Origin: Azolla caroliniana | Taxonomy: Eukaryota; Plantae; Polypodiophyta | Reading direction: 5' to 3' | DNA length: 64,000 nucleotides | Assembly (NCBI GenBank): GCA_043228905.1 | Contig: JBHGNT010000005.1 | Coordinates: 18,352,001-18,416,000, forward strand | In this document: positions 45,665 through 57,746 of the stretch, in pieces | Position numbering within the stretch: position 1 is the stretch's first letter | How the letters are laid out: every line of letters begins with the position of its first letter | Notes under the pieces: model-generated | Databases searched by the model: none | The model's input: only the letters and a program-made list of their open reading frames with translations | Told to the model about the DNA's origin: nothing | Made by a program: the position numbers and the translations under genes

Positions 45665-48304
45665 ATGACTATAAAAGCCTAAAACCTGTCATTATCTCTC
45701 ATTTTTTCAAACAAGATTGACAGGTTTCTTTTGTCGGGAAAGAGTTGGGCGTCAGGCGGCCTGCAATCAACATACACAACAATCAATCTCCTCCATCACT
45801 ATTCCCAGGTATGTACTAAACCCTATCACATCACTTTTTCTGTTTTTTTTACATGTGGTAGAAATAGTTGAGGGATTAGGGTTTGGAGTAGTTGAGGGAT
45901 TTTGTTTCTTGTTGAGGGATTACAAGGATAAGGATTCATTACTAAAATCATGTAGAAGGCTCTACCTCAGACATGAAATCTATGCATTGAATAAGGTAGC
46001 AGTATTCGATATTGCATCCTGAGTCTTTTAACTGCATAGTTAAGATACAAAACATGGATATGCCATCACTATTATCCCCCCAAAACAAATGGAAAAAATA
46101 GTAATAATAATCACGAAGCTACATTTGAATTGTCTCAATCCTTGGTTTGATTGATTCAAAAAGGGGTATTTCAATCTTCCCCCTAAGATCATCCACATCA
46201 ATTACCACATTTTTTTAATCTTCTTCGAGAATGTGTAACACTTTTCGCTGAGCGGCATGCAAACAACCTCTACATAACGGAAGGAAAACTTTCTTATGTT
46301 CTATCAATTACACATTCACTCATCATCATAATCATGGTTCCATACCATCATCAATAGCCTTACCCCCTCTTCATAAACCTTCTTACTTCTTTAATCATGT
46401 ACTCTCTCTAGTTTACCAACACTAGAGACTCTGGCTTTGATTCAATTAACTCTCTTTTATTGTCAATCCCCAGAGACAACTCTGTGCCATGTTTAAACTG
46501 TCTCAATCCTTGGTTGATTCAGAATGGCATTGATTTAACCCTGAAGTCATTCATATCATTATCATCACATTTTTTTAGTCATCAACAATGTGTAACAATC
46601 TCATCGTCATCTTTTCTTTTCTTCATTTTTTTAGTCATCAATAATGTGTAACAATGGCACTAAAGCATTGCCATTTTCCATTTTCCCTCTTTTTTTTATG
46701 AGAAGTTAAGTAAGCCAGATTTCCAAACACACTTTCATTAATTGCCATTTTTCCATCGTAATAATCCTTTCTTCTTAGACGTTACATCAACCAATTTTTC
46801 ATTGCCATTGTTCCATCCTCATCTTTTTTTCTTAGAGGTCACATCAACCACATTCACTGCAACACATCTTCATCTTCATTTCTTCTTCTTAATCAACCAA
46901 TATTTACTGAAGATGTCTCATTTTACATTCATTTTCTCTTTCTTAGATCATCCACGTTTTACCAAAAGCATTCTCATTCTAATCTTCTGACTTTTCCTCT
47001 TAGGACAAACCACATTTACTAAATCATTTAACCTTCATCTGTTGTTTTGCACACAATCCTTACATACAGGGATGGTCACCACCATCATCATTATATTCCT
47101 CCTCTTCTGAACTGCTTATTCGTCATCATGTAAGCTGAGCATTTTCTCCAATCATCACTTACATGTATACTACCCTCATAAATTGTGTGCATCTTAAACT
47201 CAACCATGAAGAGCTCCATGAGCCCTAGAACCCAGAAATGAAATTTCAAGACCTAGAGCATTTTTGAAACAGAGAAGCAAAACCTTCCATGGAATGATGA
47301 CATATTCCTATAAACAGAAAGAACAAAAAGAGAGAAAAACAAGAGAAAAGCCAAGGAAACCAACATACCCTGATACAGGCACCAAAAATTTCTAGAGTTG
47401 TGAAGATTGAGGATGGATACTGAGAGGAGGATGAACCCACAAAGAAATCTAATAGAGCCAAAATTAAAAAATTAAAAAAAATCTAAAGAGTTGTTTCCTT
47501 ATCCATATCCAACCACTCAGAGATATTGTTCTTTTGGGACAGAGGTTCTCATATTCCCCTCATGATTCCTTCCATTTTACTAGGGGTACCCTTTAGAATT
47601 CAGATAAACATGCCCAAAAACTTCTCTCTTTGCTAAGATTCTCACTACACAACAATGTGACATCAATATCTCTAGTGATATTCATAGGGATAGTGTTTCT
47701 ATCATAGATCAAACTAATCATGGGCAAATGAATAATGTTATCTGTTGCAAGGTATTAGTCATCCCAATATCTGTTGGTATGGAATGTTGGTGGTAGGTTG
47801 GCTATGTCTTGATTATAGCTTGGGGGTGGACTTCTATACGATGAGGTTGGGCTACCAACATTACAAAAGCCATCTACCTTCTAGTTTTGGGTGAGATTTA
47901 TTCTATTTCCCTTTTTCTAATATTCCTTTTGAGCTTCCTATGCATTCTAGTGTCAATGTCTTTGTGTTTCTTTTCCTAAATGGTAGGTACTTAACAATCT
48001 TTGGCATTCTAAGAACTCACATCTCCCTTAAGTCCCCAAAACTTCATGTCTCTTGATTAAATATGAGGTTGAAACAATCAATTTAAACAATCAATTCTTA
48101 CAACTTAGACATTGGGATTTGAGTCTCATTCCTGCTTAATCTAATTATTGCAACATGATAAGTAGGATATAACATATGGGGAGATTTGGAAGTGAGGGAT
48201 TAGGGTTTCGGGTTTAGGGTTTAATGATTTGCTTGCTTAAACTTAATATTGTGTGTGTTTGAGTATTAAATTCAAAAAATGTTTGATTACTTGAATGGTG
48301 GTAG

Positions 48305-50019
48305 ATGGCTTCCAAGTCCAAGTACAAAGATTGGTGGGATTTCGATAACAGTGACATATATCCAACTCAAGAGAGGTATGTCACGAACCAATCTCCCCTA
48401 ATACTAGTTTAGGGTTTGATGCATGTATGTTGACTCGTGATTTGTTAAAGGGTCTTCGTTAGAAGACATTGGCGAAGTTCGTCAGTCGACATGTGTACGA
48501 GTGGGGACAGAATGGATCAAACACATACGCCTCAGATCGAGCCCATACAGGCCATGGCAACATTTGACCAAGATGCTCCTCCAAATGGTATGTGGATTTG
48601 GTGTCGTTCCAATATGCCAATCTTTATGTCAATCTTAAATATGTAACATATACAGAAGGAACAGATGCTCCTCACCCAGACTCGTTGTATAAGGTTGGAA
48701 GAGATGCAAATAGGAACAAGGCCCGTGCGTGTATCTATATTGAGTATTGCCGTCTCTCGCCAAGGTGGTATCGCAAAAAAAGTGACATGGAATCACATTT
48801 ACGCAGGGAACATGGAATAGACATAGTCCTACCACGAGGGATGCGTATAGAGGAGGAGGAGGGTATTCCAGGGGTATGCTTTAATAACTATGAGCATCAG
48901 AGATCACTTAGAAGATTCGTGGACCCCGAAATCAAGTACAACAAAAATCGGCAAACATATATCCAGAAGTTGAAGGTTAGGGTTGTTTCGAGGTACCACT
49001 CTATTCCGTCTGAACTCCGTCTTGACACAGAGGCAGAGTTCGTGGCGCAATTTATGGACAATGAGATGGCCACATACGACTCCAAAAAGGATGAGCGTTT
49101 GGAAATGTTGACGAAGAAGATATCATCCGGTTTGGATTCTTATGTAAGTATGAGCAAGGTTTTCATTTCATATATGTGTTGGAGGGTTTATTGGTAGAAT
49201 TCAGATAATAACATGTGTCTTATTGTGGTGAAACAGTGTAAAAAGGCGGGGATATTTCTATGCATTCAGGTACCAGCTGACCTGCCAACGTCTCGATTTG
49301 GCCCTTGACGTTACCGAGTCATATCTTGAGACCATGTGCAAGTGTCGTGAAATGGCATCGACGTGGACTATGACCTTATTCACGTTGTGGATGGAGTATT
49401 CGTTGCCACTCGAGGTGACAGAACGCTTCACCGTCGTCGACCCACTGTGGGTGACGCTACACCAACAGACGATGAAGGGGCAAGCCATCCTTAGGAAGGT
49501 GGCTGAATGTGATTATATGTTCATTCCGATTGTGCTTGACGGGCATTGGGTGTTGTGGACAAAGATGCAACAGAAAGTTTCTAAGCTAACTAGCAAAGTA
49601 GTCTTCTGCGATCCATTGAACAACGCAGCGACTGACAACGTGTGGAGAATGGCAGAGTTGGCGATTCGGGAAATTTCATCTGAACCGTTAGACCACACCA
49701 TTGTGCCCGAGGGTCAACATCACGTATTGCACATCCCAACTCAGCCAAATTGTTGGGATTGTGGCTTTTACGTCATGAAGACTATCCAAATGTTGGTGGG
49801 GGAGTTCTTACAAGGATGGATATCTCCGACTTTTGTAAGTGTAATTGCAATGCCTTATTCATGTGGATTGTGTATAGATGTGTTCTTATACATATTTGGT
49901 GACAGGGCACAGAGATGTGGTTCACCAAACACGAAGTGGATTCACTTCGGAATCATATGGATGAGTGGGCACGAAGGATACTAGGATTTGCACCTGCGAC
50001 CGGTGGCTCCATATTGTAA
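48305..50019 (+). pseudogene. M3 spliced C2H2-like zinc finger plus Ulp1-like SUMO protease gene, probably missing a middle exon
   Basis: Phase-consistent exons 48305-48375, 48451-48587, 48656-49143, then ~49270-49834 and 49906-50019. CIYIEYC..WYRKKSDMESHLRREH; complete GHW / FCDP / QPNCWDCG catalytic motifs. Phase mismatch across 49143-49270. Confidence 0.8.
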
Positions 50020-50248
50020 ATTTTGTGAATGTTGTTTTCAGCACACATTTTGCTATAGAGCTTATGTTATAACTATATTTTGGAATCCACACAAATTTTG
50101 TATAGCGAGAATCGACTCATTGTATATCGCGATTACTTATTAATGGAAATGTTGTTTACAACAAGTGTTTATCTCAAGTTGATTTGTTGTTTTAAACCAA
50201 TCACAAGTTGTGATCTAAAGGTGATTTGTTGTTTTCAACCAATCTAAG

Positions 50249-50842
50249 TGTTGGGATTATGGTCCCTCCGGATGGGATGGTCGGATGTCCGGGAATCGGG
50301 AATGAAGACCCGGTTCCGGAGCCGGATGATGAAGACCCCGGCTACGGAGCCGGATGACGAATGTACCCGGAGAGAGATCCGGATGCGGGGACATATTTGT
50401 GAATATGTTTGCCAAGGGCCCTTGAGGCTATATTTTTGTAAATAGCCTGGAAGTCATATGTGTATAAATATGACTTAGGGCAAACAGTCTTTGTGTTGTT
50501 GCTTATTTTTCTGTTTTCCACTTAGAGGGAGCGAAGTGAGAGCAGCCGAGAGAAAGGGAGAGAGAGAGGAAGGAAGAGGTCGACGCCTCTGTGTAATACC
50601 GCCGCCTGTGGCGAGGACAGCGAGCTCAAGGTCGTCGCCTTGCAGCTCGCCATTGTACTTTCCCTGCGTATAGTGATAGTTGGAGTCTTGCACTCCCGTG
50701 GTTTTTCCCGTCTAGGGTTTTCCACGCTAAACCCTGTGCATTCGAGTCTCTCTCTGTGTTTTCGATTTACTGCTGCATTGATCCGTGTTTCCTCGGTTGT
50801 GGCCGAGCGGTGAAGGTTTTCGAAACCGTTGATTTCCTAACA
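50249..50842 (+). repeat. Copia G 5' LTR
   Basis: TG..CA; 28 bp shorter than the 3' LTR, 2 substitutions by eye. Confidence 0.96.
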
Positions 50843-50873
50843 ATCTGGTATCAGAGCGACGGCAGTGCAGAAA

Positions 50874-53800
50874 ATGGAAGGCGGCAGCAGCGGGCAGCCG
50901 GGGATGATGGTGCTGAATGCGCAGAACTACGCCGACTGGAAGATAAAGATGGAGGATCTGCTCATTGTTCGGGACCTGTATGAACCAATCGACAGGTCGG
51001 AAATACCCAAGGGGGTACTTGAGACGGAATGGAGGCTTCTGAACCGGAAAGCCGTTGCAACCATTCGGCAATACGTCGACGTGAGCGTTCTACAACATGT
51101 GGCGAACGACACCAACGCATATGAGATGTGGCGGAAGCTGTCGGGCCTCTACGAGAGGAAGAATGCGTTGAACCGGACCTCCCTGATGAGGAAGATAGTG
51201 AACCTCAAGTACCGGGACGGCGAGAGTATGGTGGAACACATAAGCACGTTCATGGGATTCGTGAACCAGCTTGCGGCGATCAAATTCCCGTTGGAGGATG
51301 CAATGCAAGCCATCATCCTGATGTGTACATTGCCGGAAAGCTGGGAGAACTTGGTGGTGACTCTCAGCACCTCCTGCACCGAAGATAACTTGTCCCTACA
51401 AACGGTAAAGACAAGTATTTTGAACGAAGAAGCGCGTCGGAGAGATAAAGAACCGGCCTCCGATCCGAAGATGCTGCTTACCGAATCGGATCGGGGAAGA
51501 CAACGGAACCGGAGTCCGCAAAGACGGCAGAAGTCAGGGACCCGTTCGCAGTCAAGAGGAAGGCCCACATGCTTCCACTGTGGGAAGCCGGGGCACTTCC
51601 GGAAGAATTGTCGGCATTACCGAAAAGACAACGGAGCCGACGACACCGATTCGAAGAAGTCTTCAGAACGGAACGGTGTTTACCGGGGAGCTACGGACCG
51701 GAATGGTTCGGATCGGCGAGGGCAGGACCGGAAAGGAACGACGGCACTCGCGGCAAGTGAAGAGGAGATCATGCTCATCACCGAAGAAGGTGAACTAAAC
51801 ATTGCCGGCGATGAGACCACCTGGGTGGTCGATTCCGGAGCGTCGTTCCACCTGACCCCGGAAAGAAGATACTTCTCATCCTACACAGCCGGTGAGCATG
51901 GCTGTGTTCGGATGGGAAATGAAGGTACGTGCCGGATTGCCGGCATAGGAGACGTGTGGTTGACAACCTCGACCGGATGCAAAATGTTGCTGAAGGATGT
52001 CCGACACGTTCTGGAGGTTCGATTGAACCTGATTTCGGCCGGGAGGCTAGACGATGAAGGCTACACAGGTAGCATCCGGAACGGCGTAATGAAGTTCAGC
52101 AAGGGGAGCCTGATAGTGGCTCGGGCCCGGAAAGTCAACATACTGTACCTTATGAATGCCTGGTTGTGTCCGGAAGAGTTGAACGTGGCAGCCGACACTG
52201 CCGGTGAGCTGTGGCACAAGAGACTGTGCCACATGAGTGAGAAGGGGATGAAGAGGCTTGCAGAAGAAAACCTCATTCCAGTGAAGCATGTGCACCTGGA
52301 GAAGTGCACTGATTGCCTGGCCGGTAACCAGAACCGAACCTCCTTCCACTCAAGGCCACCGACGAGACGTAGCGCACCATTGGAGTTGGTGCACACTGAT
52401 GTGTGTCAGGTAGAAACGAAGTCACATGGCGGAGCCCAGTACCTCGTAACATTCATAGATGACCATAGCCGGAAGCTGTGGACGGCACCGTTGAAGACAA
52501 AGGACCAAGTATTGTCCGTCTTCAAAGAACTCCACGCGAGAGTGGAAAGAGAATCCGGCAAGAAGCTGAAAGCACTACGAGCAGATAACGGAGGAGAATA
52601 CCGAGGGCAATTTGAGGAGTATTGCCGTTCGATGGGAATCCAGCTCGAGTTTACTGTGCCGAAGACGCCGGAACTGAATGGGCTGGCCGAGAGGATGAAC
52701 CGGACTATAATGGAGAGGGTCCGGAGTATGCTGGCGCATGCGAAATTACCCAAGGGGTTTTGGGCTGAGGCAATGTCGACGGCGACATACGTGATAAATA
52801 GATCACCCTCAGTACCTTTGGACGGAGACACGCCACAGAGAGTGTGGACCGGTAAGGAAGTATCCTACCGCCATCTGAAGGTGTTCGGGTGTCTCGCATA
52901 TGTGCATGTGGCAAAGGACCGGAGAGGAAAGCTAGATCCAAAGACCCGGCCATGCATATTCCTCGGTTACGGCGATGACGTGTTCGGCTACCGAGTATGG
53001 GACCCGGTCGACAAAAAGATATTCCGGAGTCGTGATATCATCTTCATGGAGGACAAGACACTCGCCGACTGGGAGTCGGAGAAGAAGATGAAGAGCTCCA
53101 AGTCGACCGGTGAGGATCAACTCTACGAGGAGCAGTCCCGACCGGCAAGGGACCGGTTAGCACTCGAGGATCCGGCCGAAGACGGTGAAGAAACAGAACC
53201 GGCCGAGGAAGATGAAACTGATACCGGAACCGGCCCCGATCCCGAAATGGATTCGGATGAAGAGGAAACGGAGGAGCCGGTTACCGAAGCTCCGGAACGG
53301 AGATATCCTCTAAGAGAGAGAAGGGCCCCCCGGAGATGTCCGGAACCAGAGCACGTGCTGCTAACCGACGAGGGGGAGCCGGAGAGTTTTGAAGAAGCAA
53401 AGCTTGACACCCATAGCCACAGGTGGTTAAGTGCCATGCAGGAGGAGATGGATTCCCTGCATGAGAACCACACATATGAACTTGTGGAGTTGCCGAAAGG
53501 AAAGCGGGCACTTCGAAACAAGTGGGTGTTCAAGCTGAAACCGGGAGATGCCGGAAACCCCCCGAGATACAAAGCCAGGATCGTGGTGAAGGGGTTCCAG
53601 CAGAAGAAGGGCGTCGACTTCAACGAGATATTTGCCCCGGTAGTGAAGATGACCTCCATCCGGACGGTGCTGAGCATAGCGGCAAGCATGGACCTCGAGG
53701 TAGAACAGATGGACGTGAAGACGGCATTCCTTCACGGTGACCTCGAAGAAGAGATCTACATGCAGCAACCGGAAGGATTCGAGAAGAAAGGGAAGGAGCA

Positions 53801-54947
53801 CCTGGTATGCCGGTTGAAGAAGAGCCTTTACGGACTGAAGCAGGCTCCCCGGCAATGGTACCGGAAGTTCGACTCTTTCATGACCGACGAAGGGTACCAC
53901 AAAACGCAGTCCGATCACTGCGTGTTTGTGAAGAAGTTCGAAGGAGGAGACTTTCTAATACTCCTCCTGTACGTGGACGACATGTTGATCGTCGGACGGG
54001 ACCAGGTCAAGATACGGATGCTGAAGAAGGCGCTTCACCGAACCTTCTCAATGAAGGACCTGGGTCCGGCAAGGCAAATACTAGGGATGCACATCATCCG
54101 GGACCGGAAGAAGAAGCAGTTGTGGCTGTCACAGGAGAAGTACGTGACAAAGGTGCTTCACCGGTTCAACATGTCGGAAGCAAGACCGGTCGGTTCAACC
54201 CTCCCGGCAAACTGCAAGTTGTCCAGCAAGCAAAGCCCCAAGACAAAGGCTGAGAAGGAGGACATGATGAAAGTACCATATGCCTCTGCCGTCGGAAGCT
54301 TGATGTACGCAATGGTGTGTACAAGACCGGACATAGGATATGCAGTCGGAGTGGTGAGCCGGTACATGAGCAATCCCGGCAAAGAGCACTGGAACGCGGC
54401 CAAGTGGATACTCCGATACCTGAAGGGCACAGCAAACGTGTGCCTCCGATTCGGCTCCGGTAAGCCCGAACTCGACGGCTTTACCGATTCGGATATGTCG
54501 GTTGATGCAGATACCAGCCGGTCCACATCAGGGTATGTGATGACGTATGCAGGGGGAGCTGTTTCGTGGCAGTCGAGGCTGCAGAAGACGGTTGCGTTGT
54601 CAACCACGGAGGCGGAGTACATGGCGGCTGTTGAAGCCGGCAAGGAAATAATATGGATGAAGGACTTCATTAGAGAGCTCGGTATCCGGCAGGAGGAGTA
54701 CCGACTCTACTGCGACAGTCAGAGTGCCATCCACCTTGCGAAGAACGCGGCCTATCACTCCCGGACGAAGCACATCCAGCGAAGATATCACTGGATCCGG
54801 GAAAGGATAGAAGACCAGGAGTTCGTGTTGACGAAGATCCACACGGACGAGAACGGGTCAGATATGCTGACCAAAGTGCTCACACCCGACAAGCTGGAAG
54901 CGTGCCGGAAGAGGGTCGGACTGGAAAGACATCCCATGCCGAAGTGA
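50874..54947 (+). CDS. Copia G gag-pol polyprotein, intact ORF
   Basis: All GAG, PR, INT, RT (YVDD) and RNase H motifs present. ATG at 50874. Confidence 0.96.
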   Translation: MEGGSSGQPGMMVLNAQNYADWKIKMEDLLIVRDLYEPIDRSEIPKGVLETEWRLLNRKAVATIRQYVDVSVLQHVANDTNAYEMWRKLSGLYERKNALNRTSLMRKIVNLKYRDGESMVEHISTFMGFVNQLAAIKFPLEDAMQAIILMCTLPESWENLVVTLSTSCTEDNLSLQTVKTSILNEEARRRDKEPASDPKMLLTESDRGRQRNRSPQRRQKSGTRSQSRGRPTCFHCGKPGHFRKNCRHYRKDNGADDTDSKKSSERNGVYRGATDRNGSDRRGQDRKGTTALAASEEEIMLITEEGELNIAGDETTWVVDSGASFHLTPERRYFSSYTAGEHGCVRMGNEGTCRIAGIGDVWLTTSTGCKMLLKDVRHVLEVRLNLISAGRLDDEGYTGSIRNGVMKFSKGSLIVARARKVNILYLMNAWLCPEELNVAADTAGELWHKRLCHMSEKGMKRLAEENLIPVKHVHLEKCTDCLAGNQNRTSFHSRPPTRRSAPLELVHTDVCQVETKSHGGAQYLVTFIDDHSRKLWTAPLKTKDQVLSVFKELHARVERESGKKLKALRADNGGEYRGQFEEYCRSMGIQLEFTVPKTPELNGLAERMNRTIMERVRSMLAHAKLPKGFWAEAMSTATYVINRSPSVPLDGDTPQRVWTGKEVSYRHLKVFGCLAYVHVAKDRRGKLDPKTRPCIFLGYGDDVFGYRVWDPVDKKIFRSRDIIFMEDKTLADWESEKKMKSSKSTGEDQLYEEQSRPARDRLALEDPAEDGEETEPAEEDETDTGTGPDPEMDSDEEETEEPVTEAPERRYPLRERRAPRRCPEPEHVLLTDEGEPESFEEAKLDTHSHRWLSAMQEEMDSLHENHTYELVELPKGKRALRNKWVFKLKPGDAGNPPRYKARIVVKGFQQKKGVDFNEIFAPVVKMTSIRTVLSIAASMDLEVEQMDVKTAFLHGDLEEEIYMQQPEGFEKKGKEHLVCRLKKSLYGLKQAPRQWYRKFDSFMTDEGYHKTQSDHCVFVKKFEGGDFLILLLYVDDMLIVGRDQVKIRMLKKALHRTFSMKDLGPARQILGMHIIRDRKKKQLWLSQEKYVTKVLHRFNMSEARPVGSTLPANCKLSSKQSPKTKAEKEDMMKVPYASAVGSLMYAMVCTRPDIGYAVGVVSRYMSNPGKEHWNAAKWILRYLKGTANVCLRFGSGKPELDGFTDSDMSVDADTSRSTSGYVMTYAGGAVSWQSRLQKTVALSTTEAEYMAAVEAGKEIIWMKDFIRELGIRQEEYRLYCDSQSAIHLAKNAAYHSRTKHIQRRYHWIRERIEDQEFVLTKIHTDENGSDMLTKVLTPDKLEACRKRVGLERHPMPK

Positions 54948-54957
54948 AGGGGGAGTT

Positions 54958-55579
54958 TGTTGGGATTACGGTCCCTCCGGATGGGATGGTCGGATGTCCG
55001 GGAATCGTGAATGAAGACCCGGTTCCGGAGCCGGATGATGAAGACCCCGGTTACGGAGCCGGATGATGAAGACCCCGGCTACGGAGCCGGATGACGAATG
55101 TACCCGGAGAGAGATCCGGATGCGGGGACATATTTGTGAATATGTTTGCCAAGGGCCCTTGAGGCTATATTTTTGTAAATAGCCTGGAAGTCATATGTGT
55201 ATAAATATGACTTAGGGCAAACAGTCTTTGTGTTGTTGCTTATTTTTCTGTTTTCCACTTAGAGGGAGCGAAGTGAGAGCAGCCGAGAGAAAGGGAGAGA
55301 GAGAGGAAGGAAGAGGTCGACGCCTCTGTGTAATACCGCCGCCTGTGGCGAGGACAGCGAGCTCAAGGTCGTCGCCTTGCAGCTCGCCATTGTACTTTCC
55401 CTGCGTATAGTGATAGTTGGAGTCTTGCACTCCCGTGGTTTTTCCCGTCTAGGGTTTTCCACGCTAAACCCTGTGCATTCGAGTCTCTCTCTGTGTTTTC
55501 GATTTACTGCTGCATTGATCCGTGTTTCCTCGGTTGTGGCCGAGCGGTGAAGGTTTTCGAAACCGTTGATTTCCTAACA
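54958..55579 (+). repeat. Copia G 3' LTR
   Basis: Extra 28-bp unit at ~55031-55058. Confidence 0.96.
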
Positions 55580-55839
55580 CTAAGTTGTGATCTAAAGTTG
55601 ATTTGCTGTTTTAAAAGTTTCTCAAGTTGTGATCTCCAATAGATTTGACGTTTTAACCAATCATCTACTTAATCCTTTCTCTATCTTATTAGTAAATTCT
55701 AATTTCACACAGCTCCTAGTTCCTAAAAGACTTTCAATTGACTTTAGCAACGTTCCTAGAACCTTCCTCGCATATGTCTAAAAAAAGGACTTTTTTTATT
55801 TCTTTAATGAACTACGATTTTTCATTCAACGGAGAAACC

Positions 55840-56240
55840 AAGTTGCCCAAACATCTTTAAATTAATTCTCTTTTGATATGGTCACCCAACCAGGTTACCC
55901 AAACCTCTTAAAATTAATTCTCTTTTGATATGGTCACCCAACCAGGTTGCCCAAACCTCTTAAAATTAATTCTCTTTTGATATGGTCACCCAACCAGGTT
56001 GCCCAAACCTCTTAAAATTAATTCTCTTTTGATATGGTCACCCAACCAGGTTGCCCAAACCTCTTAAAATTAATTCTCTTTTGATATGGTCACCCAACCA
56101 GGTTGCCCAAACCTCTTACAATTAATTCTCTTTTAATATGGTAACCCAACTAGGTTGCCCAAACCTCTTAAAATTTATTCTATGTTGATATGATCACCCA
56201 ACCAGGTTGCCCAAACCTCATAATCCAGGTCGCCCAACCT
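55840..56240. repeat. 52-bp tandem repeat x ~7 between the M3 Ulp1 gene and transposase
   Basis: AAATTAATTCTCTTTTGATATGGTCACCCAACCAGGTTGCCCAAACCTCTTA, two GGTYRCCCAA motifs per unit. Confidence 0.95.
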
Positions 56241-56448
56241 GTTACCTAAACGGCCAAAAAAACGGTCATATTAACATGTAAATTAATCACATTTTAAGTC
56301 ATATTAAACCCTTCACTGTCATTTTAATCAAAGTTGATTCCATCTCCAGTTAATTACCTTTTAAGATCAGATTCAATTAATCACATTCTCTATCTTAATC
56401 CGAAGCAATTAATCACATTCTCTGTCTTAATCAAGTTCTTATAATCAA

Positions 56449-57562
56449 GTCATCGATAAAAGTTGGACATCATATGATGCCATAAGTAATGTGGTTGCAA
56501 CAAACCGATTATCTTGGATAGTTACAAATGGGCAAAGGTCGCAAACACATTGTCGACTTTTGTTGTGTCACTTCCACGCAAAAAAAGCATGGTTGGACAA
56601 TTTGTTGCCAAAGGTAAGTGCAACTGAGAGAAACCATCTTTATAATCGGATGTGCCAACTCATGCAATGCATTACGGAATCCACATTCAATGCCCAATGT
56701 GATGAGTTAAAGGTAGAATATGCAAACAAGCTAGGTGTTTGGCAATATATAGAAGGAGGATGGTGTGGCTTGACATGTGTGTGGAGGAAACTGTGGCCCA
56801 AATTTGGTAGAATGTTCAACTACGGACATGTTGACACTACCAATCTCGTGGAGAGACATTGGCAGTTTATCAAATATACTGCCTTAAGAGGGAGGATAAA
56901 CCGATCAATTACTGATCTTGTGCATGTTTTAATCGGGGACAGTCAAACTGGCACTTGCATCGGGGGTACTGTTATTGAATGGTACAAGCAACGACAAGAA
57001 ATATGTGAGAGTGGTAGATTTGCACCACGTGCAAATTGTAGGGATCAAACAACAAGACTTAAAGAGGCCGAAAGGCTACTAGAGAGGTATGAAACTAATG
57101 ATGTGACAATGCATATTGTGGACGAGCCCCGATATTGGTTTAAAATATTGAGCTTGACAAAACCGAATGTATGGTATAATGTATCGCTCCAATGTTCATA
57201 TTGTGATTGCCAAGACCCTACGAGTAAATGTAAGCATATACTCGGCATCAGGATGATTATTGAGAGGCACATGCCACATCTATGTGGGTCCCTCGACCGT
57301 GCAACAATTTTGGCATGTATGGAGTCCATTGAAGAAATAGGTCAGACGCTGGTGTATCACCTAGGTGCATCGAAACCAACCAAAGAAGAAGACCGTGGAT
57401 CCATAGGGCGTAAGCAAGCAATTGGTGCAAAAAGGGGAGCATCAATCAACATTTCACAAGATCTTATTGGCAGCTCCCCAAACACTTGCAAGGCACACAC
57501 AGGAAAAATGCAAAGAGGCGCAAGTCGAGCTAGGAGGCGGTTGCCAATATGTGCAACAGAGG
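56449..57562 (+). pseudogene. M3 MULE transposase, 5'- and 3'-truncated
   Basis: Begins at VIDKSWTSY. LLCHFH, TTNLVERHWQF and SWIM CDCQDPTSKCKH present; clearly homologous to M2. Confidence 0.88.
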
Positions 57563-57746
57563 CGGTTGGGCGACCTCTGCACAACTTTATTTTTCGCGCC
57601 TTCTTCATTATCGAAATTCGACGATGCAGATTGCACGCGCCTTCTCTGAGCAACCTGCATCGTCTGTGGCCGTGATTCCCTCACCAGCCCTCTTTATGAT
57701 TTGTGTCATAATAGACACGTCGTTCGTACATACATACATACATACA
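57563..57746 (-). repeat. Inverted copy of the M3 left end including flanking microsatellite
   Basis: Reverse complement of ~45158-45341 with few differences. Confidence 0.92.

Larger units (their letters stand above)
50249..55579 (+). mobile_element. Full-length Ty1/Copia element G, close relative of F
   Basis: LTRs 50249-50842 (594 bp) and 54958-55579 (622 bp). TSD CTAAG (50244-50248, 55580-55584), PBS TGGTATCAGAGC 50846-50857, PPT ~54945-54955. Confidence 0.98.

Noticed and set aside
45810-48300. Short ORFs in the AT-rich M3 interior
   Set aside because: No recognisable motifs; looks like a long 5' intron or decayed filler between a GTATGT donor (~45809) and the AG before ATG 48305.
30224-54842. 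Numerous 60-190-aa antisense and alternate-frame ORFs over Copia/Gypsy coding regions
   Set aside because: Expected shadows of GC-rich coding sequence; repeated only because the elements are repeated.
55840-56240. CRISPR-like array
   Set aside because: Units are head-to-tail with no unique spacers, there are no cas genes, and the context is eukaryotic.
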